Source: Mytilus californianus
Taxonomy: Eukaryota
NCBI RefSeq assembly: GCF_021869535.1
Contig: NW_026262669.1
Location: 9,982,001-10,046,000, forward strand
Reading direction: 5' to 3'
Length of the DNA stretch: 64,000 nt
The notes below the pieces were generated by a model, which saw only the letters and a list, made by a program, of their open reading frames with translations, had not been told where the DNA came from and ran no database searches. The position numbers and the translations under genes were made by a program. Shown piece by piece: positions 12,635 to 25,768 of the stretch; the first letter of the stretch is position 1, and every line of letters begins with the position of its first letter.

Positions 12635-13130
12635 GTTAATTCTTTTGATTTTATTGGTTTACCTGATTTAAGTTCCTTTAACCATTAATTTGGAATAGCA
12701 TATTTTTGTTTTGAAATTTCAAATATTAGATTTGATTTTGAAGATACTTTATTAGATATCATATCTTGAGAAATGTTACCATCCTGGTCAATAATATCAT
12801 TCATATGAAAATACACTCTTTTATCCATTATGTAAAAACTAAACCTTTTCCTTGAAACTTTGTCAGTTTGTTTCCCCATAAGATTTGTTTTTTCATCAGT
12901 CTTATCTTTGCTTCGTTTTACTTTTTCTTGTTAACCTTCCAATAGAATATACTTTGCAGTTTTAAACTCTTGAAGGTTTGGTTTGAGATGATATTTTACA
13001 ATTGCTATTTGACCTATCATTGTAAGATTTCTCGTTTTCCAGTTACTTATTATTTTTTCACATTTTTGTATTATTTTTCAGCTTATCTAATTCGTATTCA
13101 AACATATTTCAATAAAATAATTTTTTGTCA
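12635..13130 (-). pseudogene. Second copy of the Tx1-like relic, duplicated with the cassette
   Basis: Aligns with 21775-22500. Peptides NWKTRNLTMIGQIAIVK and MNDIIDQDGNISQDMISNKVSSKSNLIFEISKQKYAIPN. Confidence 0.55.
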
Positions 13131-13961
13131 GAAAACACAGTTGGTTCTTCATGATGTTAATCATCTGATAAAGTTTGATGATACAAGTAAAACGAGACTT
13201 GCATAGACAAATCCAGGGAATATTAGTATACCTTGATTTCTTTAAGGGAGGCAAATCCTTATACAAATATTTTTATCAGAGAACAAAATTGGTCCTTTAT
13301 GATGTTTATTATCTGATAAAGTTTGATGAGACAAGTAAAATGAGACTTGCATAGACCAATGCATAGAACATTTGTAGACCTTGAATGCTTTCGAGGAGAC
13401 AAATCCTAATACGAGTATACTATAACAAGTACTTGGTTTTATTTCAAAACATGTTTTGCATTAAATTTGTTTTAATGATAGTATCTGACTTAAAATATAA
13501 ACACAACTTGTTCTTGTCAACTTCAAACAAATGTTTACAATCAATAAGAATGTAAGTAAACAACGTAAAACATGTAGTATCTGATTCTGTTCCATGTCTT
13601 ATATATTCTACATTAACAGCATTTACACAACCTGTTTGTTGGGGGATTTCTTCGTTAGACGGCGACATAAACACTATCCTAGTAAATACAACTTTATTTT
13701 AGAAATGTATAAACTTGTAGAACTGATCTTATCTGATCTCAAACTTTAACACAACTCGTCAACTTCTTATTAACAGGTAAAATCAAAGTTTAAAATCATA
13801 TTTGTTTTCTCAGAAAACAAAATAAGTTAACCAGTGCAACTTTTTGATAATCTAACACATATTTGTTGTTGATCAAACCTATCTGATTAACAACATGATT
13901 TTGTGGTATTTCAGAATAAAGAGGACTAAATTCGGACTTAGGAAATCAAGTCTATCACTAC

Positions 13962-14060
13962 ATTGTCTCTCGCTTCTTTACCACAGCCGACTGTGAGCAG
14001 GAAACAGACGATATTCAGTTATCCTTCCGAGGTAGTAATGCAACATGGTGTTTTTCCAAT
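13962..14060 (-). pseudogene. Ankyrin pseudo-exon
   Basis: 99 nt reading IGKTPCCITTSEG*LNIVCFLLTVGCGKEARDN. Acceptor is caa rather than cag, there is an in-frame TAA, and the gtagtg donor is retained. Confidence 0.85.
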
Positions 14061-17000
14061 TTGTTATATTAACATATACAAACATCAAAACCATTGTCTT
14101 AAACTGGACAATGTTGTGTTTAAAATATAAATGCAATATATATCATATGCATCAGTGGTCAAAACTGAATATGATGACCAGTTACTCTTTAAATCTGGGT
14201 ATAAATAGACTACACATAAACAACATGTTTTGTTGCGAGATATCATAACTGTCTTTGTATAAAAACATATTTTGAAAGAATTGATTGGGCATTTTACATA
14301 ATTGTATTGTTGTTGTTTGGTTAAACTTGTCTGTTTAACACCAAGATAAACTGTTTATTTAGTATAAGCATTGGCGTTTATAAAAAAAAGAATGTTTCTC
14401 ACAGAAACATGCACACCATTGCATAAGTTTTGTATGAATTTAAATGATCTTCACTATAAGGTTTGCTTGAATTGAAAGCGGTTCAGCATCAATATTGTGT
14501 TAATTTATAGGGGTAAATCATCATAGTGTGTGGATTCTCAAGGGTTCACTACCAATAGTTAGAAATCATGAGGATTCAATCAGTGCTGTGTGAGCTAATG
14601 GCATCATCAATGTAAACATATCAGGATTTATCATTCATATTTTTGAATTTATGATGATTCATCATCGTTGAAGTGGTTATTTGTGTTGCTCTTCCTTGGT
14701 GTTGTGTGAGTTTATCAGAATTCATCATCAGTGATGTGGTAATTTGTATTGCTCTTCCTTGGTGTTGTGTGAGTTTATCAGGATTCATCATCGGTGATTG
14801 GGTAAAAATGTGTATTGCTCTTTCTTGGTGATGGGTGAGTTTATCAGGACCATCAACAGTGAAGTGGTATTTTTTTTGCTCTTCCTTGGTGTTGTGTGAG
14901 TTTATCAGGATTCATCATTAGTCGCGTATAAATGTGTCATGTTTTTAATCAGTGAATGTGACGTTTTCAAGATTGATAATCAATGATGTGTGAATTTATT
15001 TGAATTCCTAATCAGTAATATGTAAATTTAGGAGGATTCATCATTCAGTGGTGTTAACATTTATGACAGTTTAGTATCAGCGAAATGTGAGTTTGTCAGG
15101 ACTCATAATCAGTGATGTGTGATTTTAACAGGGTTTATCTTCATGGATGTTTGGTTTATATGCGTTCATCATTCTCGGTATGGTAATCTATGATGACTCG
15201 TAATCAGTAACGAGTATTCATAATCTGTGATGTGTAAATTAGTAAATTAGTAAGGATTCACCATCTGTGGTGTGTGAAGTAAACAGGGTTCACCATCCGT
15301 AGTGTGAATTCTTTGGGAATTATAATGTGTACACTAATGAGGTTCGCCATCAACGAAGTGTGAAGTTATTAGGATTCATCATCAGCGGTTTTTGAATTAA
15401 TCATGATTCACAATCAGTGAATTGTTATCTTATCTGCATCCATGATCAGTGTTGTTAGAATTTATTCGGATCCTCGTCCGTAGTCAGTGAATTGGTGAGG
15501 ATTCATCATCGACGAAGTGCGAATTTATCCTGTTCCTCGTCAGTAGTCTGTGCATTTTTTAGGATTCATCATCAATGACGTGTGAACATATCAAAATACA
15601 TCATTCATATTTTTGAATTGATGATGATTCATCATCAGCGAAGAAATAACTTGTATTGCTCTTCCTTGGTGGTGAATGAGTTTATCAGGATTCATCATCA
15701 GTGGTGCATAAATCTGTGATGTTTTCAGTGAAATATGACGTTTTCAGGGCTGATAATCAATGATGTGTGGATTTTTTTGAATACTTAATCCGTAATGTGT
15801 AAATTTGGCAGGATTTATCATTCATTGGTGTTTTAATTTATGAAGTCAAGCATCAGTGAAGTGGGAATTTATCTGGATTACTAATCAGTGATGTGTGATC
15901 TTCATGGGTGTTTGGTTTATAGGCGTTCATCATTATCTGTATGGTAATCTATGATGATTCTTAATCAGTTCCGAATTGATACAGTTCAATAATTATTGTT
16001 GTGTAAAGTAACGAGGATTCATAATCTGTGATGTGTAAATTAGAAAGGATTCACCATCTGTGGTGTGTGAATTACAAGACCATCCATAGTGTGAATTAAT
16101 GAAGAATTTTAATCAGTGGTATGTACACTAATGAGGTTAGACATCAATGAAGTGTGAATTTATTAGGATTCACCATCAGTAAAGTGTGAATTTATCAAAA
16201 TTTATTATCCTCGTCAGTAGTCTGTGAATTGGTGAGGATTCATCATCAGCAACATGTGAACTTATCCAGATCCTCGTAAGTAGTCTGTAAATTGGTGAGG
16301 ATTTATCATCAGAGAAGTGTGAAAAGTGAGAATTTATCCGGATCGTCATCAGTGGTATGTGAACTTATGCGGATTCTCGTCAGTAGTCTGTGAATTGGTG
16401 AGGTTTCATAATCAGCTAAGTGTGAATTCATCGTCAGAGAAGTGAGAATGTATGTTGATTGATCATCAGTGAAATTACATGTAAAAACAAGATAAATAAA
16501 TGCAGCGGTTTGTAAATATATGGAAATGTCAGTCTCTGAATACATTTACATAACATTTGCATACCTCTTCAAATCTGGGATTTCGTGTAGTGTATTTGAC
16601 ATAAGATGTGTTAAAATAATATTATTTGCAATAAAATGTTAACACAACATTTCATCATCAATTTCGTAGTAGCAAATAAAATCAGATGCTTACAAAATTA
16701 TGTTTATGTCAGAAAGCTAAATAGGTATCTGATTAAGTACGATGAAATACGTAGAAATAAGATCAAATTTTACATAATTGTTATTCATATCGGTTGTCCT
16801 CTAAACAAGCAAGCAAAATGCTTACAAAATTATGTTTATGTCATAAGCCTAAAGAGGTCATGTCTGGAAAAAACAGGGGAGAATTTGAAAATCTGATTGC
16901 ATTGTTTACACTTTGTTTGAGGAAAGACGACGATGATGATCATAACATCTCAGGTATCTGTGCATATGTAAATTATCGTATGCATTCACTCGTCTGAAAA

Positions 17001-20000
17001 TGGTAGTTTGTTTTCAAATGTATGTAGGCATACTTAACATGATGCTCTTCAATTTAAAGACCGTTAAAGGTTGTCATGTTTTGCTGTTGTCTGCTCTATG
17101 GTCGTGTTGTTGTCTCTTTGACACATTTTCCCCATTTCCATTCTCAATTTTATGGTAAAAATGAACTTATGTTGCACATTTTGATATATATTTAAACATC
17201 CTAATATGATTCAATATTGTGTGCTGTTGGGAAACGTATTTCCTCACAAGGAGATTGTAGAAGGCGTTTGTAGAAGGAGATCGTAGAAAGAGATCGTAGA
17301 AGGCGTCTGCAGAAGGAGATTGTAGAAGGGAATTGTAGAAGGATATTGTAGCATATTTACAGGTGATAATGAAATTCTAGAAACTTTGACAAACTCTGTA
17401 CAGGATCATTTACGAAAGTATAACATTTATTACTGAAGGATTAATAGTCATAAGTTTTGTTGGTGTTAAAGAGGGAAATCTTACAGTCCGCACAATCGGA
17501 AAACAGTACTTGTGTGTATCATGAACTGTGGACACGAAAGCAAGATGTAAATGCTTTATTCCTGGGCATCAGGAAAACTAAAAAGGGTAATCACTTTGAA
17601 TTAGGCAACACATGTATACATAGTCCTAACGTACAATAGGCTGTAATGAGAGTTCCATTTCTGCAAACAAGAAATTCGTTTGGTTTGAAATTGTTTCTGA
17701 GCTAAATTGATGCAAACAGGAATCATACATTTGCATGTTGGCCTCACTGACAAGGTTAATTTTTTTAATATGATCATGAAAATTAGTGTGCAATGCTATG
17801 AAATTATGTAAAGATGTAATATACATTGTCGCCTTTAAAATGTATTTTACGAACATTTAGATTGTTTTGTGTATGTTTGATACGGTTAATTTCTGTTTGA
17901 CAGCCTGTATTTTCATATCCATCCCAAACAAAGGACCAAAAACTTATTGTAATGGTTACAAACATTTATTTTCGCACAAACTCTTCCATTAAATCTAAAT
18001 ATAAAAATAAGCTGAAAAGCATCTGATTTTCATTTGATCACTCGATTGATAAATGTACAGAAAAGGTACAAAATGTACATGTACAATACAACTCATCATT
18101 AAAATTTCGATTTGTTTAGGGTTGTTATTAGAGGAGATGGCAATCTTATTATAATGCTTTCCTTTTCATCCATTTTAATTCTACTTTATAAAAAAATAAA
18201 TGAATATCTAAAAGGTAAACAAAATCGTATAAAATTATTGAAATAGGAAAGATTAAAATGTTATGAAAATGACTGATGCTCAATGTACTTTGAATGAGTT
18301 ATGGCCCTTCATGACCAATTGTGAAGCGGGCCTTAATTTATATCAATCAATCAATTTCTTCAGGGCTCTACATTTATGCTTGTGGTATTTGTCGATACAA
18401 GACAAAAATAAAGACAAGTTATAAGCAAGCACAGGTAAGAAGATCTGGATCATACAATAATGCATGAACTTTCATTGAAACTTCATACGTATATCAAAAT
18501 TGTGAACCTTTAATGTTTCTATCATGAGCTACAAGATCTTGACTGTTATAGTAAATGAACAAGTAATAAGATGCCAATAGATAATGATTTATATTTCCAT
18601 GTGTTTACGCTAAGAAATTTATAAAATTTTAAATGCAATGTTCGAAATGCAAATTACAAGAAAAACTTATAACACTTTTTTTTTTAAATTGGTTGATGAT
18701 GCATCAGATGACACTGACTAAGAGGAGGCTATCAGGTAAATGAATTATTTTGAAGTTAAAGTTAATCTACTGGATAAATATTAAACAAATTGAATCTCTT
18801 AAAGGTGCATTTACTTGTATAGTACTTTCTTAAATAAGGCAGAGTCCACACCGTGTAAGAAAGATAATGTGGAAAGATCCGAATCTAAAATACCTGTAGA
18901 ATGCAAATAAAAACAAAATAAAGAACTGCGCCATGAGCGCATGATACGCCTGTCGCCCTTGTTCTCCACTTTATGTTTTTGGGATGTAGCCAGGTGAAAT
19001 CTTAAAAATCTGGTGGCTGAAATTGATAATATAAATCAGAAGTTCCTTAATGAAGGAACAAAACACGCTTAAATTATTATAGGTTATTGAAATCCTTTTC
19101 GGTGATATCGGGGCAAAACAATTTACCCTGTATCTTGGAAAAACCCATCTCAGACTGCACATTTGAACAAAACTGCATGAATTTCGCCTCACTTCATCCT
19201 TAAAGTGAAATTAATGTTAAATTAATATTACTGTGAGCACTGCTCAAATAGATCCACTTTTTTTCTTTAAACATATGTCCAGCAAATAAAATGACAAACA
19301 ATATATCAACTTTGTGTGCCTCGTAATTTTTTATAGTACTTTTTTGGTTCTAAATTCAAAAGATGAAATACAAAAATATATAAACTTTGTGTGTCACTGA
19401 TAGTACTTCTGGTTGTTCTAAATTCTATAGTTGTAATATTCAAACTGAAACCAAGTATTTGTCATTTTTTGTGTTCCCCAGTTATCAATCTTATGAAATA
19501 GGAGATATGAGATGATTGCCAGTGAGAAAAATATCTTCTACAGTTCTCTTTGTGCCATTTTTATGGTATTCTTATGGGAAATTAGGGACATTGTGACATA
19601 TGGCAACACTCTGCTGTAGTCACACTCTGATTTATCCAAGTGTTGTAGATACAAAGTGTTTCTTGTTCCAAAGGATTAGAATTACCTGCTATCATGACAG
19701 ATAAGAGCAATAAGAACATCATATACAAAATAGTAAACAAAATGTAAATATTTATGTTTTAGTATGACAGTTTTGCACTATACCACCAATGCACTTCAGT
19801 GAGACTTAGGCACAGAAGAAGATTTTGATTTAGACCACATGTTAATGTCATTTAAGTAAGTTATAAAAAAAATAACAAATGTGTCAAGAGTTAAACAAAA
19901 AGTATGCATTAATCACGTCTGGGGAAAAATCAGTATTTAACGTGTGTTTGTCCTTATTGGGCGTAATTCATAACAATACGGAACGAAAGTTATAATGTTT

Positions 20001-21559
20001 CACAATGTGTATCAATCTTTCTAATAATTAGGTAAAAACTGGTTTTTAAATGAACACATTGGTGTCATTGCTCTAAATAAAAGATGCCCTTGATCAAAGG
20101 GTCTGAACTTTCTATTGCCTCCCACAATGGACCACAGGGGGTCGTATCTTTGATGCTTCTATGCCAGTCGACTGGTATGCGTTCCACAGTTTGCTTATAG
20201 CGGACAATGTAGAACGCATACCAGTCTACTGATATATATTCGGTCCCCAAAACACGAACCCCTGTGCATGGACAAGATATATAGTAGAAGGAAGAACATC
20301 TGTATCATTTTAGAGATATTTACTGATTTATTTTATTAGGAGGCGGGGCAAGATCTGAAGGTAAACATTTTAGTTGCATTGAACGGTCATGGCAAGCAAG
20401 AACATACTGTCAATTCAGAAATGTTGGCAATGTTTTCATTATTGAGAATATTTCCTGAAATGGCAATATTTAAACTGGTAATTATGTGGATTGTTCCACA
20501 ATCAAAAAAATAAATGCACTCTGAATTTTCTGAATTTAGAATTGAACTTGAATAGTAAATGTCAAGTTTAGGGGTCACATTCTATAGGATCCAACACATT
20601 ATCTTGAGGTGCTGCATTTTTATATCAAATATTGAAGGTGTGTGTCAGAGGGTGAATAGGCTGTGTTCTAACAACAATAGACATTAAAAAAAAGTAGTTT
20701 TCAATCAAATTCATGTACTATTATTTCATAAAATTGAGAATGGAGATGGGGAAATTGTCGGAGACACAACAACCCGACCAAACAGCAAAAAGCTGAAGGG
20801 CACCAATGGGTATTCAACGTAGCGAGAAAATCCCGCACCCGGAGGCTGGCCAAAAGTTCAGTATGCCAAAGAAGAGCTTTTCTCATAGCTTACAATTTTT
20901 ACGATTTTTTGCATTTTTTTACCTTCTGTTATGCAAAAATCAAAAGGGATACCAACATTTAATGTCTAATTGTTTGTAGATTTATGTGGTACTAGACTTC
21001 CTTATAAGTAGTATAGTCATCAGTGTTGCTCTCTGTCGGTGATACATAATTAAAATCTGATAAAAACTGACCTTTTCCCATACTTTGCAGTGCCAATTTG
21101 CCGTTTGAGCTTTTATATTGAGTTTCATTTAAAACAATGTCAAATTCACAAATAATTGTAATACAATATTATCTATTTCCAGTCAGTATGTTTTACTGAT
21201 CTGATAAAAGATAGCTTTAACCAAATTACGATTTTTTTCGTTGAACACTCCTGCCTGGTGCTCTCTGGCATTGCCTCTTAATAAGTCCTTTTTACCTGAT
21301 TAAGTACGATGAGATACGCAAACATAAAATCCAACTGTATATGATTCTAATACATATCGGTTTAATGATGTAAAATAATGATAGGGTCACCGACAAATGT
21401 TCACCTATTTTGAAAGTACTCATTCAGCATGTTCAGTGATATTTCAGATATACATACATAGTTTGTTTTCGATTTTCAGTTAAAGATCGACGAGCTGATA
21501 TTGTTTACAACATTTTAGCAAAATCTTTGACATAGCCTATTAACTGATCCTTGACCTTA

Positions 21560-22420
21560 AACCTGTTTGGTAAACACTATGATTCTGTGTTGATTCATTA
21601 AGTAGATGATATGTATAACATCACCTTGGGTTCAGGAAAATACAACATGTATCAATTGATTCAGACCCATGTTGTGAACTGTCAAAACTTCTATCAGAAC
21701 TATTATTTGAAACTTTATTGAAATATATGAAATTCCAATATTCATAATATTATCTTATACACACACTCCTATGAAATTCTTTTGATTTTATTGATCTATC
21801 TGATTTAACTTCTTTTAACCAAGCATTTGGTATAGCATATTTTAGTTTTGAAATTTTATTTACTATATTTGATTTTGAAGATACTGTATTAGATATAATA
21901 TCTTGAGAATGTTACCATTCTTGTCAATAATATCATTTATATACAAATTATAATCTCTTATCCATTCTTTAAAAACTAAACCTTTGATTTGAAACTTTAT
22001 CAGTTTGGTTCCCGATACGATTTGTTTTCTTATGTTTATAAGTTCAAAATAAATTCGACATTATTTTAATTGTGTCTTTTGAACCAGGACCTGATCATTT
22101 CTAAAGAAAATTTTGGGTCAAATGTTATATAGGTTTTGTTTGGAGTAAATATTGTATGGATTCATAGTAAAAGGAAATCCGTACCAAATTGTTTAAAGTA
22201 AGATGTCGGAATCACTTCCCAGTTTACACTCTTATATACAATTGTAAATTATAGTTTTGAACTCTTGAATCATGTAATAAGTTTGTTACTGAAGTTAAAT
22301 ATGTAAGGTTTGTTTTAAGAAGCGATTTTACAATTGCTATTATACTTATCATTGAAGAATTCTCTTTTTCCAGTGACTTATTATTGTTTCACTTGTTTGT
22401 ATTATTTGTTTCCGTATTCA
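21560..22420 (-). pseudogene. Degenerate L1/Tx1-like LINE ORF2 relic
   Basis: Broken minus-strand frames include EWIRDYNLYINDIIDKNGN and ISKLKYAIPNAWLKE, resembling the Tx1-type post-RT region by eye. Confidence 0.55.
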
Positions 22421-23687
22421 GCTAATCAAATCTCTTATTCAGGAGAATTCAAGCATATTTCAATAGAATATTTTTTGACGGAAAACAAAGTTGGTTCTTT
22501 ATCATGCTAGTTATCTGAGAACATATGATGAGACAATTAAACTTAGACAAAAATTTAATGTATATAATATTAGTATACCTTGATTAATTTCGAGCATACA
22601 AATCCTAATACAAATATTTTGTAACAAGTATTTTTTTTTTTGTCTTCAAAATATATTTAACAGTGGATCTGTTTAAATAATAATATCTGACTAAGAACAT
22701 TTACAATAAGAATAGAATGAATTCATGGCGATTTTTTGTTAGTGGTGCGAGAGTTTTTAATTATTTCAAAAGTTCATGAATACTGATAAATTCATAAACT
22801 ATTGATGTATCATAAATGAAATTCTTTCAGTGGTCTGTGAAATCCAAAAGGTTTCAAAATCAGTTGTGCGTCAATTAAATAGGCATCATCAGTATCGGAG
22901 TGTTACGAAGACTGATTATCAGTGCTGTGTATATCATAGGACTTTACCAATAGAGGGTCAGTCGATTGCAATGGGTATTTCAGCCTGATGGTGTACGAAT
23001 GTATCAATCAATGATGTTCCGGATCACGATGCCTCAGTATTTGTGTACGAATTAATCATAATTAATGATCAGTGAAGTGGAACTTTATTACAAGTCATCA
23101 TCAGTGCAGTTTGAATTTATGAGGATTGATAATGCAACATATAGTAAGCTAACCGCATGCATCATTAGTTTTGTGTGAATTTAACATGATACATCAGTGG
23201 TGTTATTGAGGTTCACCATCAGCATGAACAATGATGTGTTAGGTTATTGAGGGTCACCATCAACGACCAATAGTTTGATGGTATATTGAGGTTCACCATC
23301 AGCATGACAAATGGTGTGTTAATTTATGAGGATTGATCATCAATGATGTTGAATTGCTGAGGATGCATCACCAATGAGTGTCAATATATGATGATACAAA
23401 ACTTAATGAAATGATCAGTCACACTTGTATTTAATATTCTATGTTAACAACACAAACAACATGTTTTGTTTTCATATATCAAAACTTTATTCAGAAATGG
23501 CGTTTATTAAAAAAAATATTTTTGAAAAATATATAAAATTAGCAATAGATTTGTTTTTCAATGAGACAAATCTAAATAACAGGATTAAAGTTACAAGCAT
23601 GTTTTTTATCGTGTTAAACCTGTAGTACAAACAACATGGTTTTGTGTTGATTAATTTTTAAGAGGAGAAGCAGATAAGTATCATTAC

Positions 23688-23786
23688 CTTTTCTTTTGTC
23701 TCTTTATCACAGCCGACCGTGACTAAATATTGGACGATCTCCAGGTGGCCAGAGTAGGCAGCATGCGACAGTGGTGTAACTCCTTC
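23688..23786 (-). CDS. Ankyrin-repeat protein, 99-nt single-repeat exon
   Basis: atgttgatatag|...|gtaatgat, 33 codons: EGVTPLSHAAYSGHLEIVQYLVTVGCDKETKEK. Paralogous to the 35748-35846 exon. Confidence 0.92.
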
Positions 23787-24262
23787 CTATATCAACATAT
23801 AACAGACATCAACACTTTAGTCATAAACTGAACAATTATGTTAATTACATATCAATAAAATATATATCACATGATTCCAGGGTCAACACTGATAAAAAAA
23901 TAACAGTAACACTGGTGTATATATTCTACGATTAACAACGAATACATAGCATTTGTTGAAGGGTTTCCCTTGTTAAAACTTTAATTGAGAAATGCATAAC
24001 ACGTATTAACATCAAATGGATTCTTTCAGATGAGACAACCTGAAGTAAAATATAACCTCCATTTCATATAATTGAAACCATTATTTCTTTTTTTTAAGCT
24101 ACGTTTTACATTAGATCTGTATTACAAATATTATCTGCCTTGTTCTTGTCAACTTTTTTTGAAACACGAAACATCAAAACAGAATACGTCATTTAATTCA
24201 ATAAGACTGTGAATAAAGACCCACTTTGCATAATCAATATCGAACTAGTTATATATAAGGAA

Positions 24263-24304
24263 ATATCCCTCCCGGGCAGCAATCAATGATGGAGTCCTCC
24301 CAAT
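24263..24304 (-). pseudogene. Truncated ankyrin exon copy
   Basis: Intact acceptor ttaatattacag| then IGRTPSLIAAREGY. Similarity is lost after ~14 codons, a TAG follows at ~24245-24247, and there is no donor at +99. Confidence 0.75.
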
Positions 24305-24422
24305 CTGTAATATTAACATATAACAAACATCAAAACGTATGTGTCTGCAACTGGAGAACGTTGAGTAAAAAATATATAGATGCAATATATATCAAATAAT
24401 ATATCAATAAACTAGTACATAT

Positions 24423-24560
24423 TTGTGTTTAGGGGCAAGCTGAAGCGCGCCTCCGTGTGCGGGATTTTCTCGCTGTGTTGGTGGCTTTTCGTCTGTTTTC
24501 TACTCTTTGGTCGGGTTATTATCTCTTTGACACATTCCCTATTTCCATTCAAAATTTTAT
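24423..24560 (+). mobile_element. Short 3'-terminal copies of the Naiad family; others at 17082-17153 (+), 20729-20848 (-) and 41910-42030 (+)
   Basis: All match the terminal 9980-10120 segment (gttgttgtctctttgacacattccccatttccattctcaatttt) and share its 3' end. Confidence 0.8.
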
Positions 24561-24887
24561 GTTTCAGTGGTCAAACTTAAAAAAAAGTTTTGTGTGAACT
24601 TAAGATATCTTCAAAGTACGGTTTAATTGAAATTAAAGCGGTACAAGTTAAATAATATGATTATTTATTGGGGTTAATCATCATAGTGTTTGAACATAGG
24701 GTATGAGTGCCAATGAGGCAACTCTCCATCCAAGTCACAATTTGTAAAAGTAACCCATTATAGGTCAAAGTACGGTATTCAACACGGAGCCTTGGCTCAC
24801 ACCGAACAGCAAGCTATAAAAGGTCCCAAAAAATGACTAGTGTAAAACTATGCAAACGGGAAAACCAACGGTCTAATCTATATATAA

Positions 24888-25768
24888 AAAATTTGTAAGG
24901 GTTCCGCGGAACCCAGTGTCTCGCCTACTTTTTGCTGTTAATCACAGGCTCAGCAAAAATGTGGAAAAAAATTAATAAAAATATTCCTCTCTATACTATC
25001 TTTTGATTGTAAGTAGCTTCTGTCCAAGTTTGGTAAAAATCCAGGATAGTTTATGAATCTAATAAATGTTTTAAAAACTTAAACTGCAGACTGTATGTAA
25101 TGTTAACTGGAAGAAAAACTAAGTCCATTTATAAGTAAAATACGGAAAAAATGGAACAAAATTTCCTTCTAGATACTAGCTTTTAATCATAAACAAGCTT
25201 CTGTCTAAGTTTGGTACAAATCCAGGATAGTTTAAGAAAGTTGTTAAAATTTTAAAAACTTTAACCACAGAGTGAATGTAATGTTAACTGGTAGAAAAAC
25301 TAAGTCCATTTATAAGTAAAATACGGAAAAAATGGATTTTTTTTTTTTACAAAATATACTTCTGGATACTAGCTTTTAAATCATAAACAAGCTTCTATAC
25401 AAGTTTGGTACAAATCCAGGATAGTTTAAGAAAGTTGTTAAAATTTTAAAAACTTTAACCACAGAGTGAATGTAATGTTTCCTGGCAGAAAAACTAAGTC
25501 CATTTATAAGTAAAATACGGAAAAAATGGATTTTTTTTTTTACAAAATTTACTTTTGAATATTATCTTATGATCATAAACAAGCTTCTGTCCAAGTTTGG
25601 TAGAAATCCAGGATAGTTTAAGAAAGTTATTAAAATTTCAAAAACTTTAACCACAGAGTGAATATTTGTGGACGCCGCCGACGACGACACGACGACAACG
25701 ACGACGACGCCGACGGAATGTAGGATCGCTATGTCTCGCTTTTTCGACAAAAGTCTAAGGCTCGACAA
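24888..25768 (+). mobile_element. HINE/DINE-1-like (Helentron-derived) non-autonomous element
   Basis: ~3.5 tandem core repeats of 181-195 bp (aagcttctgtccaagtttgg), a (GAC)n microsatellite at ~25671-25715, and a short 3' hairpin. Inserted in an A/T run inside another repeat. Confidence 0.7.
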
